A stretch of 64,000 nt of DNA from Bryobacteraceae bacterium (GCA_035561075.1 DATMYF010000109.1:17409-81408), one strand, 5' to 3'; positions 1 through 10,659 are shown, numbered from the stretch's first letter. The notes: a model not told the origin generated them from the sequence alone. Program-made: numbers and translations.

Positions 1-158
1 AAAGCAAGGCTCTCATACTCCCCGGAGGTACTGCAACCGCTCGATTCTCCACTAGTACTAGCGGTACTCTTCTTGGAAGCGGCCGGATTCCCCTTGCCCC
101 AACCCCGTCCGGCACAGGGTCTGTCTTCCCACGGCGGCTGGCCGCAAGAGCAACCGGG

Positions 159-797
159 TCATGCGCAGGATGCGAGCAAGGCGGTATTGCTGACCGGCGT
201 TTGCAGGCGCCGCTTTGGTGTGGCGGCCCGGCGCTGAACCTTGTCAGCGAGGCGCGCCTTGGCGCGTGACTTCAACAGCCGGAACTGCGTGTCGGTCAGT
301 CCCATCTCCGCGCAAATTTCCTCTTTGGTTTCGTTCCTCAGATAAAACCTCGACAATATTTCGCGGTCGCGCGCAGAAAGTTTCCGCAAAATTGCCATCA
401 GCATCTCAACACCCTGGCGGCGGATCAGATCCTGCTCGATACTGCCCGTTTTGTCAGGAACCGTCGTAAGAAACTCTCCGCTGCTGCGAACGCGAACGGC
501 TTCCCTGATGTATGCGGCGACTTTGCGGCGGAGCACCGTCCGGATATAACCCATCAGGTACTCAGGTTGCCGGATGCCGCCACGCTGAATGGCCCGCACA
601 ACAGTTACATATGCGTCCCCTAATAGATCATCAACGTTCGCGAAGCCGACTTCTCGACCGAAGTACCAGCGGGCATTCGTCATCAGTGCGTGGAGCGCCT
701 GCAACCCCTCGGGATCGCCCCTTTCTACTTTCAAGGCGAGAGCAGCGAACGGAGAGCACTGCGAGTCGCTTCCAGCATCGTTGGCACCGGGTATCAT
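159..797 (-). CDS. RNA polymerase sigma-70 factor, ECF subfamily
   Basis: 212 aa; region 2 and region 4 signatures of ECF sigma factors (…DLLGDAYVTVVRAIQ…, C-terminal HTH …LSARDREILSRFYL…EICAEMGLTDTQFRLLKSRA…). Confidence 0.85.
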   Translation of the reverse strand: MIPGANDAGSDSQCSPFAALALKVERGDPEGLQALHALMTNARWYFGREVGFANVDDLLGDAYVTVVRAIQRGGIRQPEYLMGYIRTVLRRKVAAYIREAVRVRSSGEFLTTVPDKTGSIEQDLIRRQGVEMLMAILRKLSARDREILSRFYLRNETKEEICAEMGLTDTQFRLLKSRAKARLADKVQRRAATPKRRLQTPVSNTALLASCA

Positions 798-991
798 AAA
801 CCTTCTTGCTCTGTGGAAACAGGTTCGAGAAGATCTATTTTATAGAGCCGCCGGAATAAGAAAATAGCAGGCATTTCAAGAAAAGAATATCGTAAAATGC
901 ATTCGCGGGAAACTGGAGTGGACGGTGTGCGAGGAGTAGTACTTCTGGTACTGTGTTTGTCCGCCTTTGCTTTACGCGGGGCGTCGATCAG

Positions 992-1192
992 CTACTTCTC
1001 CTTCTCAAGCCGCCTCAGTGCATCCATAAGCTGCCGAGTTCTAACGACTTCCCCAGCGCACCGTGGGCAAACGAGGTAGTGTTCTTCAAAAATCCGGACT
1101 TCCTCCGGTGAAAGCTGATTCCGGCAATAGTCGTCCACAATCTCGCCGGGATCGGAGGGGCATCGGTCGGGGGAGAGTTGATAGTTCGCCAT
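992..1192 (-). CDS. mini zinc-associated (ZAS-type) anti-sigma factor
   Basis: 66 aa; H-x3-C-x2-C motif (EEHYLVCPRC) typical of RsrA-like ZAS anti-sigma factors plus two further Cys. It lies immediately upstream, on the same strand, of the ECF sigma gene. Confidence 0.6.
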   Translation of the reverse strand: MANYQLSPDRCPSDPGEIVDDYCRNQLSPEEVRIFEEHYLVCPRCAGEVVRTRQLMDALRRLEKEK

Positions 1193-1563
1193 GTTCTTAA
1201 TTCAAAGAAACATTTCGACAAATTTTAACTGAAACTTCTGTTCCGAATTCAGAACGAGTTTGGTTCTTTTCGGTCCGTTGCGTCGGTTGCGCTTTTCTTG
1301 CAACAAAAGCATGTTGTCGGTCCTGCGTTCCGTTTCCGGAACAGAATCAGGCAATTGGTCGGGGGGTAGGACCGGATCCATCATCTCATCAGAACCCAGA
1401 CATGCGCAAGACAAGGCAGGTGCTGTCACATTAACAGCCGCGGCTGTGCCGGGAGCGATGCCGCATCGTGGCGCCCCACCCCTGCCAAAGGCGTGCGTCG
1501 GGTGTTCTCGATGCCGAACATTTTAGAGAGACGCTGAACACTATCGCCGTACTTGTACAAACG

Positions 1564-2430
1564 ATGGCTTCTTTGATAACGCCGCGCACCGTCACCGCGA
1601 CTCGGTTCCTGCGCAAGTTGCGTGGTGCCAGCCAAGCGCATCTTCTGCAAGCAGACGATGGCTCGTGCTATGTCACGAAATTCCAACAGAACCCACAGGG
1701 GCGGCGCGTCCTGATAAACGAACTGCTTTCGTGGCTTATCTTGGAACAGCTCGGCATTGCCTCGCCCGAGGCTGTGTTCGTCAATCTGACAGAGGACTTC
1801 CTGTGCGCCCAATCTGATGTGTATATCACTCTCCATCGTGGCCGATCCGCGGTTTATCCGGGGCGTCACTTCGGCTCTGCATTCCCTGTAAATCCGTCCA
1901 GCGATCCCGTCTACGATTTCCTGCCGGATGCACTGCTTCACAAGGTTCATAACATATGCGAGATTCTGGGCGCTCTGGTATTCGATATGTGGGTGTCGAA
2001 TAGTGACGGTCGCCAAGTCGTGTTCTTCAGAAGCGAGGCACTGTGGGGTGCGTCAGCGTCCGAGGTCAGTGGGTATTTATGCCGTCTGATTGACAACGGG
2101 TATGCGTTTCACGGTAACGAATGGGCATTCCACGACTGCCCAGGTGGGCTGTTTCCCCGGCGCGCGGTCTACAGGTCGGTCGAGTCAATCAAAGATTTCG
2201 AGCCGTGGCTCGATCTGGCGATGAGCCTACCCGAAGACCCCCTTTGGCACGCTCTGGATCAAGTCCCACAGGAGTGGTTGAGGGAGGGAGAACCGGAACA
2301 ACTTCAGCACCTAATATCCAGGCTGATCCGGCGCCAGTCAAGATTATCCGAATTGCTGGTTAGCGTCCGTGCTTGGCTGCCCGACGTGTTCCCAAAATGG
2401 ACCGAGAAGACTGCGGTCGCCGTAGGATGA
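1564..2430 (+). CDS. HipA_C-like / PI-kinase-like domain protein (divergent)
   Basis: Motif …LGALVFDMWVSNSDGRQVVF… resembles the HipA C-terminal catalytic loop (FDxxIGNxDRHxxN) but the His is replaced. The ORF extends upstream to 1468, so the start is uncertain. Confidence 0.4.
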   Translation: MASLITPRTVTATRFLRKLRGASQAHLLQADDGSCYVTKFQQNPQGRRVLINELLSWLILEQLGIASPEAVFVNLTEDFLCAQSDVYITLHRGRSAVYPGRHFGSAFPVNPSSDPVYDFLPDALLHKVHNICEILGALVFDMWVSNSDGRQVVFFRSEALWGASASEVSGYLCRLIDNGYAFHGNEWAFHDCPGGLFPRRAVYRSVESIKDFEPWLDLAMSLPEDPLWHALDQVPQEWLREGEPEQLQHLISRLIRRQSRLSELLVSVRAWLPDVFPKWTEKTAVAVG

Positions 2431-2618
2431 TCCAGAGGCGTCGGCAAGCGGACTGCTTTACTGGAACCACGATCCGTGCCAGTTCCTCTCGACGTAGAGG
2501 CGTCAATCGGGCATTCTGATGGATGTCCACTCGTACCCCCTTGAACTGCTAAATTCGCCCTAACTTCAGCATCCAAGGTTCAGATCGAGTGGACAACCTC
2601 CGAGATTTCAGAGCTAGA

Positions 2619-3989
2619 TCAGAGCGCGGCGGTCCGTTCCGCCGCGCTTCGTCCCATCCGGATGCAGTCCGGAATTCCAATGCCCTGGTAGGCATTGCCC
2701 GCCAGCGCCATGCCTGGAAAGCGGCTCATCCGCGACTCCAGTTCCGCCATCCGGCCGGGGTGCCCCACGGTATATTGGGCCATCGACCGCGGCCAGCGGT
2801 ATACGCGCGCAAAACGCGGCCCCGACGTGAACGGCACGATTTCCCTTAATTCTTCCACCACCGCCGCGATCACCATCTCGTCCTGTTCCTCCAGGATGGC
2901 CGCGTTCTCCATGCCTCCCAGGAAGCAGCGCAGCAGGGCTGTGCCCGGCGGAACGCGGTGCGGGAACTTGGTCCCCACCCACGTAGCGGCGATAAGGCGC
3001 TTGCGTTCGCGCCGGGGCACCAGGAAACCGAAACCGTCGAGGGGCTTGGGGAAGGCCTGCTCGTCGAAGCCGAGCGCCACCGTCATAGACGAGCTGTAGG
3101 CCACCCCACCCAGCAGTTCGGAGATCCGCGCGTCGATACCGGCGGCGAGCGGCGCGGCCCGGTGCGCCTCGCAGGCCAGCACCACGCGCTCAGTCTCCAG
3201 CCACTCGCCTCCGGCCCGCACGCGATAGTGGTTGCCCGACTTCTCGATCGCCTCCGCTGTCGCCCGCACCCATTCCATGTGTCCGGAAGTCGCGCCGGTC
3301 ACCGCCTCTACCAGTTGCCCGAGGCCGCCCTTCATTGTGCGGAACAGCGGCATACCGCTCGATTCCCGGCGGGCCGCCTTGCGCTCAGCCAAGACCCCCC
3401 GGGTGAGGCTGCCATGGCGCGTCGCCAGGTCTACGAAGCGCGGCAGCACGGCTCGCACGCTCAGCGCGTCCGGGTTGCCACCGTAGATGCCCGAGAGCAG
3501 AGGCTCGGCAAGGTAGTCCACGGCCTCCTGGCCGTAATGCTCCCGCACGAAGTCCGCCACGGATTCGTCTTCGGTCTTGGGTGACGGCGATTTCAGCAGT
3601 TCCAAACCCATCCGAATCTTCGTCGGCCAACTCAGCAAACGCGAGGCCGCCAGCGGCATGACGCGGGTGGGGACAATCATCATCAGGCCGTCCGGCAACG
3701 GCACTAAGCGGCCCCGTTTCCGCACCCACGTCTTCCGCAGGTGGTCGTTGGAGCCGATCACCTCGCCGGCTAGCCCGAGTTCCCGGATCAGTTCCATCGC
3801 CGCGGGTTTCACGGAAATAAAGCTGTCCGGGCCGGCCTCTACCACGCAGCCTTCCACGCGCTCCGTCTGGATCACGCCGCCCAGGCGCGGACGCTGCTCG
3901 ATGATGGTGGAGGGAATGCCCCGCTTTGACAGGTAGTAGGCGGTGGAAAGTCCGGAAATCCCGCCCCCGACGATGATCACCCGAGGCAT
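2619..3989 (-). CDS. hemY: protoporphyrinogen oxidase
   Basis: 456 aa; N-terminal FAD dinucleotide-binding motif VIIVGGGISGLSTAY; overall PPOX-like length and organisation; sits directly downstream of hemH and hemE. Confidence 0.85.
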   Translation of the reverse strand: MPRVIIVGGGISGLSTAYYLSKRGIPSTIIEQRPRLGGVIQTERVEGCVVEAGPDSFISVKPAAMELIRELGLAGEVIGSNDHLRKTWVRKRGRLVPLPDGLMMIVPTRVMPLAASRLLSWPTKIRMGLELLKSPSPKTEDESVADFVREHYGQEAVDYLAEPLLSGIYGGNPDALSVRAVLPRFVDLATRHGSLTRGVLAERKAARRESSGMPLFRTMKGGLGQLVEAVTGATSGHMEWVRATAEAIEKSGNHYRVRAGGEWLETERVVLACEAHRAAPLAAGIDARISELLGGVAYSSSMTVALGFDEQAFPKPLDGFGFLVPRRERKRLIAATWVGTKFPHRVPPGTALLRCFLGGMENAAILEEQDEMVIAAVVEELREIVPFTSGPRFARVYRWPRSMAQYTVGHPGRMAELESRMSRFPGMALAGNAYQGIGIPDCIRMGRSAAERTAAL

Positions 3990-4852
3990 CGTTCCGCCAC
4001 CTCGGCCAGCGCCGCGGTGAGTTCCGGCGAGCCGTTCAGCGATTCCGGCCGAACCAGCCGGATACCGCGGCTCTCCGCATAGCGGCGAAACAGGATGTCC
4101 ACGTCATAGAGGATTTCGATGTGGTCGCAAACGAAGCCGATGGGAGCCAGCGCAACCTCAGCCACACCCGCCCCGGCGTAGCGCTCAATGCAGGCTTCGA
4201 CCGTCGGCCCCAGCCACGTGTCGTCGGTCATCCCCTGGCTCTGGTAGGCGAAATCCCAATCGGCGAGATTGAGCCGTTCGGCGACCGCGGCCGCCGTGGC
4301 TCTCGACTCGGCAGCGTACGGGTCCGCCTGCTCCAAAATCTTCTCCGGCAGGCTGTGGGCCGTAAACAGGACCTTGCGGCGATCCGCCACCGGCGCAAGC
4401 CTCTCCGCGAAGGCCTCGATGAGCCGCGGATGTTTGTGGAAGCTCTTGGCCCAGACGATCTCGGCGCGCGCGCCGGCCTCCTGTTTTGCTTCCTGGGTGC
4501 GGCGGAAATAGAGCCCTACACTTAGTTTTGAATACTGCGGGGCCATGCAGACGGCCGCCAGCCGCTCGATACCGTCGGCGGCGACCCGGGCCATCGTCTC
4601 CCGGATGAACGGGTGCCAGTTCCGCATCCCGTAGTAGACCGGAATTCCGAGCGCCTTTTGAAGGGCCTCGGCCTGCACGCGGGTCCAACGGTGGAGCGGG
4701 GAAGAGCCGCCGATTTCCGCATACCGCCGCCGCACCTCATCCACCACCGCCGGCGCGGTCGGACGCCCTCCCCGAACGTACTCCAGGTACTCCGGGACGT
4801 CCTCAATGCGTTCCGGCGCGCCGTGCGCCAGCAGCAGGACCCCGCGCTTCAT
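3977..4852 (-). CDS. hemH: ferrochelatase
   Basis: 291 aa; ferrochelatase hallmarks (LLLAHGAP…, …FTAHSLP…, C-terminal …GFVCDHIE…). Confidence 0.9.
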   Translation of the reverse strand: MKRGVLLLAHGAPERIEDVPEYLEYVRGGRPTAPAVVDEVRRRYAEIGGSSPLHRWTRVQAEALQKALGIPVYYGMRNWHPFIRETMARVAADGIERLAAVCMAPQYSKLSVGLYFRRTQEAKQEAGARAEIVWAKSFHKHPRLIEAFAERLAPVADRRKVLFTAHSLPEKILEQADPYAAESRATAAAVAERLNLADWDFAYQSQGMTDDTWLGPTVEACIERYAGAGVAEVALAPIGFVCDHIEILYDVDILFRRYAESRGIRLVRPESLNGSPELTAALAEVAERCLG

Positions 4853-5871
4853 GGACGGAATTCGCGCACGAGCTCGACCACAGCCTTCACGTTCTCCACC
4901 GGAGTCTCCGGCAGGATGCCGTGGCCTACGTTGAAGATATGCCCCGGCCGCGTGCCGGTGCGCTTAAGCAGTTCCGTTACCTTCTGGCGCAGCTCGGGCA
5001 GCGGTGCGAACAGCGCTACAGGGTCCAGATTGCCCTGGATAGCGGAACGGTAGCTGATGTCCATCCAGGCCTGGTCGATATTGATGCGCCAGTCCATGCC
5101 CATCACGTCCCCGCCCGCCGCGTGCAGTTCTTTGAAGAAGCCGGACGCCCCCGTGCCGAAATGGATCACCGGTACGCCGGTAGAGCGGATGCGTTCAATC
5201 AGCGCGCGGGAATAAGGCTGCACGAAGCGCACGTAATCGTCCGGACCGAGCGCCCCCACCCAACTGTCAAACACCTGGATCGCCCGCGCCCCGGCGGCCA
5301 CCTGCAGTTGCGCGAAGGGTGCCAGCACGTCCACGATCTTGCCCATCAACCGCCGCCACATCGTCTCGTCGCCATACATCATGTGCTTGGTGCGGATGAA
5401 CCGGCGAGAAGAGCCGCCTTCAATCATGTAGCTGGCCAGGGTGAACGGAGCCCCTACAAACCCGATCACCGGCACGCGGCCCGCCAGCGCCCGTACCACC
5501 ATCTGAATGGCTTCTCCCACGTAACCCAGTTCGTCCGTGTTGGCGGTTGAGAGCGAGTCGATATCCTCTGACGTCAACACCGGGTTGTCAATCACCGGAC
5601 CTTCCCCGGGGGCGTAGTGCAGCCGGAGACCCATGGGCTCCACCGGCAACAGCAGATCGGCGAAAATGATAGCCGCATCCACATCGAGCAGTTCCACCGG
5701 CTGCAGCGTCACGGTGGCGGCCAAATCGGGCCGCTTACACATTTCCAGAATGCCGTGCCTGGCGCGGATTTCGCGATACTGCCGGAGATACCTGCCTGCC
5801 TGGCGCATAAACCACACCGGTCTCACGTCCGTGGGTCTGCGCCGGCACGCATCCAAAAAGCGGCTTGTCAT
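4849..5871 (-). CDS. hemE: uroporphyrinogen decarboxylase
   Basis: Start chosen at MTSRFLDACRRRPTDVRPVWFMRQAGRYL, the canonical UroD N-terminus; 4-bp overlap with hemH. Confidence 0.9.
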   Translation of the reverse strand: MTSRFLDACRRRPTDVRPVWFMRQAGRYLRQYREIRARHGILEMCKRPDLAATVTLQPVELLDVDAAIIFADLLLPVEPMGLRLHYAPGEGPVIDNPVLTSEDIDSLSTANTDELGYVGEAIQMVVRALAGRVPVIGFVGAPFTLASYMIEGGSSRRFIRTKHMMYGDETMWRRLMGKIVDVLAPFAQLQVAAGARAIQVFDSWVGALGPDDYVRFVQPYSRALIERIRSTGVPVIHFGTGASGFFKELHAAGGDVMGMDWRINIDQAWMDISYRSAIQGNLDPVALFAPLPELRQKVTELLKRTGTRPGHIFNVGHGILPETPVENVKAVVELVREFRP

Positions 5872-6836
5872 TGGAGCCACGCGCATGCCTGTTCCGTCCT
5901 GTCTTCGCAAAGAAACGCGCGATAACCTTTAGGTTTGTGTTGAGCCGCCCACCGGCGGCCGTTGATGAAGATGGGTTTTGTCCACGCCTCGCTGTCGAGG
6001 GTGCGGGGCGCCACCACCGATACCGAAAGCATTCCCAACGCAGGATAGCCGGTGCGCGGATCCATTACATGGCTCCACACGCGGCCCTCGGCCCGGAAGA
6101 ACTTCTCATAGCTTCCGGAGGTGGACAGCGATTCATTTTTGAGGTAAACCGTGGCAATGGTCCGGCGGGCATCCTTGGGATCCCGAATCTCGGTCTTCCA
6201 GCCTTTGGGCTCCGTGGGCGGCGCACCCAGCCCGTAGATGCTGCTGCCCGCCCCAGACACCAGGGCGCTCGCGATCCCGTGCTGTTTCAGTACGTCGGTC
6301 ATGCGGTCCACTGCATAGCCTTTGCCGATGCCGCCGGGGTCTATTTCCACACCCTTGCGTGCAAAATGCACCGTCTGCGCGGCCGTGTTCAGCTCCACAT
6401 TCCTCCAGCCGACGCGGGTGAGCGCCGCCAGCACCTCGGCCTTGTGCGGCAGCCGCCCGGAGCCCTTGTAAAATCCCCAGAGCTTCATCAGCGGCCCCAC
6501 CGTAATATCGAAGGCGCCCTGGCTTGCCAGGTTGTACCGCTGGCATTCCTCGAGCAGCCCGAACAGCTCCGGCGATACCTTCACGGGCCCATCCGCCGCC
6601 TGCCGGTTCACCCGACTCCATTCGCTGTCCGGCTTGTAGTTGGACAGCAGTTCGTCGAGACGTTGAACCTCGTCGAAAGCCGCGTCCACAGCACGTTCCA
6701 TTCTGTGCCGGTCCTCGCCGTAGACCGCGATCGAGTAAGTGGAGCCCATGGCTTCCACACTCTTCTCCAGCCGGAGCGTCTCCGCCTGTCCTGAAGAATG
6801 CAGCGCGGCGCCCGCCAACAAGAACAAAACTAGCAC
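5868..6836 (-). CDS. apbE: FAD:protein FMN transferase (ApbE family), exported
   Basis: 322 aa; ApbE family signatures (…AVDRMTDVL…, …ASALVSGAGSS…); N-terminal hydrophobic signal; GTG start. Confidence 0.8.
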   Translation of the reverse strand: MLVLFLLAGAALHSSGQAETLRLEKSVEAMGSTYSIAVYGEDRHRMERAVDAAFDEVQRLDELLSNYKPDSEWSRVNRQAADGPVKVSPELFGLLEECQRYNLASQGAFDITVGPLMKLWGFYKGSGRLPHKAEVLAALTRVGWRNVELNTAAQTVHFARKGVEIDPGGIGKGYAVDRMTDVLKQHGIASALVSGAGSSIYGLGAPPTEPKGWKTEIRDPKDARRTIATVYLKNESLSTSGSYEKFFRAEGRVWSHVMDPRTGYPALGMLSVSVVAPRTLDSEAWTKPIFINGRRWAAQHKPKGYRAFLCEDRTEQACAWLQ

Positions 6837-6849
6837 AGAATGTTTGATT

Positions 6850-7218
6850 TCATGCCTCGTTTTCGGTCCGGCCGCGGGTTTTTTTCGCCCGTTTCAGCAG
6901 AATGGCGAGGCGGTTGTCCGCTTCATCCCACCGGTCGACCTCGAAGTGGAGTTCCGGTGCCATGCGCAGGCTGAGGCGGGCCGCCAGTTCGCGCCGGAGG
7001 TAGTGCCGGGCATGGTCAAGGGCCGCGAGCGCCTCTTTCTGCTCGGCGTCGTCGCCTCGCAGCACTACTTTCACCCGTGCATGCCGTGAATCGGGGCTCA
7101 CGTGGACCGTGCTGATACTGACCGGGCCCACCCGCGGGTCGTCCAGCTCGAATCCAATAATCTCCGCGAGTTCCTCCCGCACGGCCTCCGATACCCGCTG
7201 GGAGCGTCGTTCATCCAT
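6850..7218 (-). CDS. rbfA: ribosome-binding factor A
   Basis: Start at MDERRSQRVSEAVREELAEII…; RbfA family sequence (…VSISTVHVSPDSRHARVKV…) and position downstream of infB/DUF503. Confidence 0.85.
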   Translation of the reverse strand: MDERRSQRVSEAVREELAEIIGFELDDPRVGPVSISTVHVSPDSRHARVKVVLRGDDAEQKEALAALDHARHYLRRELAARLSLRMAPELHFEVDRWDEADNRLAILLKRAKKTRGRTENEA

Positions 7219-7229
7219 AAACGAAAAAA

Positions 7230-7335
7230 GGTGTTGGGTGTTGGGTGCGGGGTGTTGGATCCGGAGGTTCAGTGGACGGCTGCCCGTTCTTGCTACACCC
7301 GAACCAACACCCAACACCCAGTACCCAACACCCCC
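7230..7335. repeat. G-rich imperfect inverted repeat (GGTGTTGGGTGTTGGGTG … CACCCAACACCCAAC), intra-operon between DUF503 gene and rbfA
   Basis: Left arm ggtgttgggtgttgggtgcggggtgttgg and right arm ccaacacccaacacccagtacccaacaccc are reverse complements, separated by a ~45-nt spacer. Confidence 0.8.
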
Positions 7336-7338
7336 TAT

Positions 7339-7623
7339 CTATATCCATTCCACCGTCGCGCCCGCCAAATCGGGCCCCAGCAGGGAAGCAGCTTCCGCTT
7401 CTACCGAATGAAGCACCCGCTCGACATGGATACGGTCCGCCGATACCGTGACCGCGGCCACGGCCGAGCGTTGCCACATGTCCTGATAATCGATCTCCGC
7501 CACCGCCACGTTGAACTTGTTTCGCAGGCGGTCCTTGAGGCTCTTCACCACCTGCCGCTTGTCCTTCAGGGAATGGGAGTTGCCCAAACGCAACTCCAGA
7601 GTCAACACCCCGATGACAGGCAT
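7339..7623 (-). CDS. DUF503 (YlxP-like) protein
   Basis: 94 aa; conserved small protein typically encoded between infB and rbfA. Confidence 0.8.
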   Translation of the reverse strand: MPVIGVLTLELRLGNSHSLKDKRQVVKSLKDRLRNKFNVAVAEIDYQDMWQRSAVAAVTVSADRIHVERVLHSVEAEAASLLGPDLAGATVEWI

Positions 7624-7635
7624 TCACGCACCATG

Positions 7636-10623
7636 TCAGGCGAACACTTCGGTGGCCACCCTCTCGGTGACGAAGCCCTCGATCACATCGCCCTGCTTGA
7701 CGTCGCTGTAATTCTCCAGCGTAATGCCGCACTCCTGGCCGCTGCGGACCTCCCCGACATCGTCCTTGAACCGGCGCAGCGAACTGATTTTGCCGGTGTA
7801 GACCACCACATTGTCGCGCAACAGCCGCACTTCGCTGTTCCGCGTCAGTGTGCCGTCCTGTACGATGCAGCCCGCCACGCTCCCCACCTTGCTGATGTGG
7901 AACGTCTCGCGAACTTCCGCCCTGCCCTTGTAGACTTCCTTGAAAACCGGGGACAGCAGCCCGCTCATCGCGCGCTTGATCTCGTCGGTCAGGTTGTAAA
8001 TGATGGTGTGTAGCCGGATATCCACCTTCTCCTGTTCGGCGAGGGCGGATGCGTTGCGTTCGGGGCGTACGTTGAACCCGATAACGATGGCGTCGGAAGC
8101 CGAGGCCAGCAGGACGTCGGTCTCGTTGATCGCGCCCACGCCGCCGTGCAGCACCCGAACCTTCACTTTGTCGTTGGAGAGCTTCTGGAGCGAGTCGGTG
8201 AGGACTTCGGCCGAGCCGCCCACGTCGGTCTTCAGAATGATCGGTAGTTCCTTGACCTCACCCTCCTTCATCTGTTTGTGCAACTGTTCGAGGGTAATGC
8301 GGCTGCTCTTGGCCAGGGCGGCGTCGCGTGCCTTGGCTTCGCGGTAGAGCACGATCTGTTTGGCTTTCGCGGTATCGGTCACCACCTGGAAATCGTCACC
8401 CGCCTCGGGCAGCGATTCGAGACCCAGCACTTCCACCGGAGTCGAGGGTTCGGCGTCCCGCGTCGGCTGCCCGCGGTCGTCGAACATGGCGCGCACCTTA
8501 CCGAACACGGCGCCGCAGATGAAGTAATCCCCAACCTTCAGAGTCCCGTTGCGGACCAGCACCGTCGGAACGGGGCCGCGGCCGCGGTCGAGCTTGGCTT
8601 CGAGCACCGTTCCCATGGCCGGCCGGTTCGGGTTGGCCTTCAGGTCCTGCATATCCGAGACCAGCAGAATCATCTCCAGCAGCAGGTCCAAATTGGTCTT
8701 CATCTTGGCCGAGACCGGGACCATGACGGTGTCGCCGCCCCATTCCTCCGCCAACAAGCCGCGGTCGGAGAGTTGCTGCTTGATGCGGTCCGGCTGGGCG
8801 TCCGGCTTGTCGATCTTATTGATCGCCACGATGATGGGCACCTTGGCGGCCCGCGCGTGGTCGATCGCCTCCAGCGTCTGGGGCATCACGCCGTCGTCGG
8901 CGGCCACCACCAGAACCACGATGTCCGTCACCTTGGCGCCGCGGGCGCGCATACGGGTGAAGGCCTCGTGGCCGGGCGTGTCAATGAATACGATCTTGCC
9001 CTTGGCGAGTTCCACCGTGTAAGCGCCAATGTGCTGCGTAATGCCACCGGCCTCGCGACCGGCCACATTGGCTTCACGAATGGCGTCCAGAATCGACGTC
9101 TTGCCGTGATCCACGTGGCCCATGATGGTGACCACGGGGGCACGCCTGTGCATGTCCTTGTCGGATTCCGCCACCTCCACGTGCTGCATGGCCTCCTCTT
9201 CGAAGGTCACGGTGTTGGTGGAGGCGCCGAAATCGCGCGCCAGGTCCGTGGCGAGCTTGGATTCGAGCGTCTGATTGATGGTGGCGAAGACGCCGCGGTC
9301 GAGCAGCTTCTTAATCACCAGGTTGGCCTTCACGTCGAGCTTCTCTGAGAGCTCCTTTACCGTGATGCCTTCCGATATCGTGATCGCGCGGTTGATGGGC
9401 GGCGGACCGTAATCCGCGGAGCGCCGCGTCGGCCGCAGCAGCTTTTCTTCTTCGGGCCGTTCACGCTGCGGCCGGGCGCCGCTGCGCTGTTGCGGACGGC
9501 GCTGGTCCATGCCCGGAGGCGGCGGACCGACCGGCGGCTCCATGCGCCGGGAGGTCGGGTGCATCGGGCGCGGCCCGGCTGGCCTGCCCGGCATCCCCGG
9601 ACGCACTCCGGTTTTGGCCACCACGGGCTGCCCGGGCCGGATCGGCCCACGATAAATCGGTTGCCCGGGAACCGGCGACGACGGCGGCTTCATCGGCACG
9701 CCCGGGCGCGGGGGCGCCGGCGTACCGGGCGTCGGCGATGCCGGCGGACGGCTCTGTGCAAGTTTGGCCGCCAGGTCCGGACGCGGCGGAACCACCGGTC
9801 GCGCAGCCGGCTGCCCTGCAAATGGCCTGGCTTGCGGAGGCCTGGGGGCTCCCGGCGTCGGCGGTGCCTGCTGTTGTGCCGGCGGCGCCGCACGCTGCGG
9901 TCCCGGAGCCGGCCGCGATATCGGCGGCCGCGGCATGATCGGCGCACCCGGCGCGCGAACCCCTTCATTAAAGCCGGACGGGAACGGCTGTCTCGGTCCG
10001 GAGAGAATCTGGCCCGGTCTCGGTGTTGTGGGCAATGGCTTGGGTCCCGGAGGTACGGGGCGTCCCGGCGCGATCACGGCGGCTGGAGGCATTTGTGGCG
10101 CCGATGGCGCTGAAGGGGGAGCAGACGGAGGGGTTGCCGGAGCCGGCTGTACGGCCGGTTCCGTTGGTTCCGGTGCCGGCGGCTGTGCCGCAACCGGTGC
10201 CGGGGTCGTAGGAGGCGGTGCCGGCGTTTGCGGTCCGCCATGTGCCAGAGGTGGACGAATGGGAAGCACGGGCCTTACCACAGACCGTTCATGCGGTGGC
10301 TGGTCGGCGGGAGACACCGCTTCCTCCGCGCGCGCCCCGGTTGGGGGAGCGGGCTCGGCCTGCGCTTCGGTCTCCGGTGCCGGTTCGGGCTTCTCCGGTT
10401 GCGTTGCCTCCCGATTGGCCTCCGGCATCTCACGCGTGGCCGGCTCCGCTTCTTCCGGCTCCGCGGATCCGAACGCCCGTCGCAGCAGCACCGCGACATC
10501 CTCGTCGATCGAGCTGGAGTGGGTCTTCTTCTCGGTGACCCCTAGCTCGGGAAGCTTATCCAGGATCTCGTGCGCTTTTACTTCCAGCTCCCGCGCCAGC
10601 TCATTGATTCGAATCTTCTTCAT
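7636..10623 (-). CDS. infB: translation initiation factor IF-2
   Basis: 995 aa; N-terminal IF2_N ([15 protein letters not shown]…); ~370-aa Pro/Ala-rich linker; G-domain ([15 protein letters not shown]…, [13 protein letters not shown]); C-terminal IF2 domains. Confidence 0.95.
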   Translation of the reverse strand: MKKIRINELARELEVKAHEILDKLPELGVTEKKTHSSSIDEDVAVLLRRAFGSAEPEEAEPATREMPEANREATQPEKPEPAPETEAQAEPAPPTGARAEEAVSPADQPPHERSVVRPVLPIRPPLAHGGPQTPAPPPTTPAPVAAQPPAPEPTEPAVQPAPATPPSAPPSAPSAPQMPPAAVIAPGRPVPPGPKPLPTTPRPGQILSGPRQPFPSGFNEGVRAPGAPIMPRPPISRPAPGPQRAAPPAQQQAPPTPGAPRPPQARPFAGQPAARPVVPPRPDLAAKLAQSRPPASPTPGTPAPPRPGVPMKPPSSPVPGQPIYRGPIRPGQPVVAKTGVRPGMPGRPAGPRPMHPTSRRMEPPVGPPPPGMDQRRPQQRSGARPQRERPEEEKLLRPTRRSADYGPPPINRAITISEGITVKELSEKLDVKANLVIKKLLDRGVFATINQTLESKLATDLARDFGASTNTVTFEEEAMQHVEVAESDKDMHRRAPVVTIMGHVDHGKTSILDAIREANVAGREAGGITQHIGAYTVELAKGKIVFIDTPGHEAFTRMRARGAKVTDIVVLVVAADDGVMPQTLEAIDHARAAKVPIIVAINKIDKPDAQPDRIKQQLSDRGLLAEEWGGDTVMVPVSAKMKTNLDLLLEMILLVSDMQDLKANPNRPAMGTVLEAKLDRGRGPVPTVLVRNGTLKVGDYFICGAVFGKVRAMFDDRGQPTRDAEPSTPVEVLGLESLPEAGDDFQVVTDTAKAKQIVLYREAKARDAALAKSSRITLEQLHKQMKEGEVKELPIILKTDVGGSAEVLTDSLQKLSNDKVKVRVLHGGVGAINETDVLLASASDAIVIGFNVRPERNASALAEQEKVDIRLHTIIYNLTDEIKRAMSGLLSPVFKEVYKGRAEVRETFHISKVGSVAGCIVQDGTLTRNSEVRLLRDNVVVYTGKISSLRRFKDDVGEVRSGQECGITLENYSDVKQGDVIEGFVTERVATEVFA

Positions 10624-10659
10624 AGAATAAAGCTACTTGCCCGTTGCCCCCGCGGGAGG

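Noticed and set aside
1426-2016. 196-aa minus-strand ORF overlapping the kinase-like gene
   Set aside because: Overlaps the + strand ORF that carries a recognisable HipA_C-like catalytic loop; the minus frame has no motif. Neither is fully secure.
8278-9348. 356-aa ORF on + strand (also 8000-8347, 8549-9022, 9490-10113, 9764-10630)
   Set aside because: Antisense to infB; Arg/Gly/His-rich composition typical of high-GC antisense artefacts. The infB frame has unmistakable G-domain motifs.
7636-10623. Possible CRISPR or tandem DNA repeat in the Pro-rich IF-2 linker
   Set aside because: The repetitiveness is at amino-acid composition level (P/A codons), without regular direct repeats and spacers.
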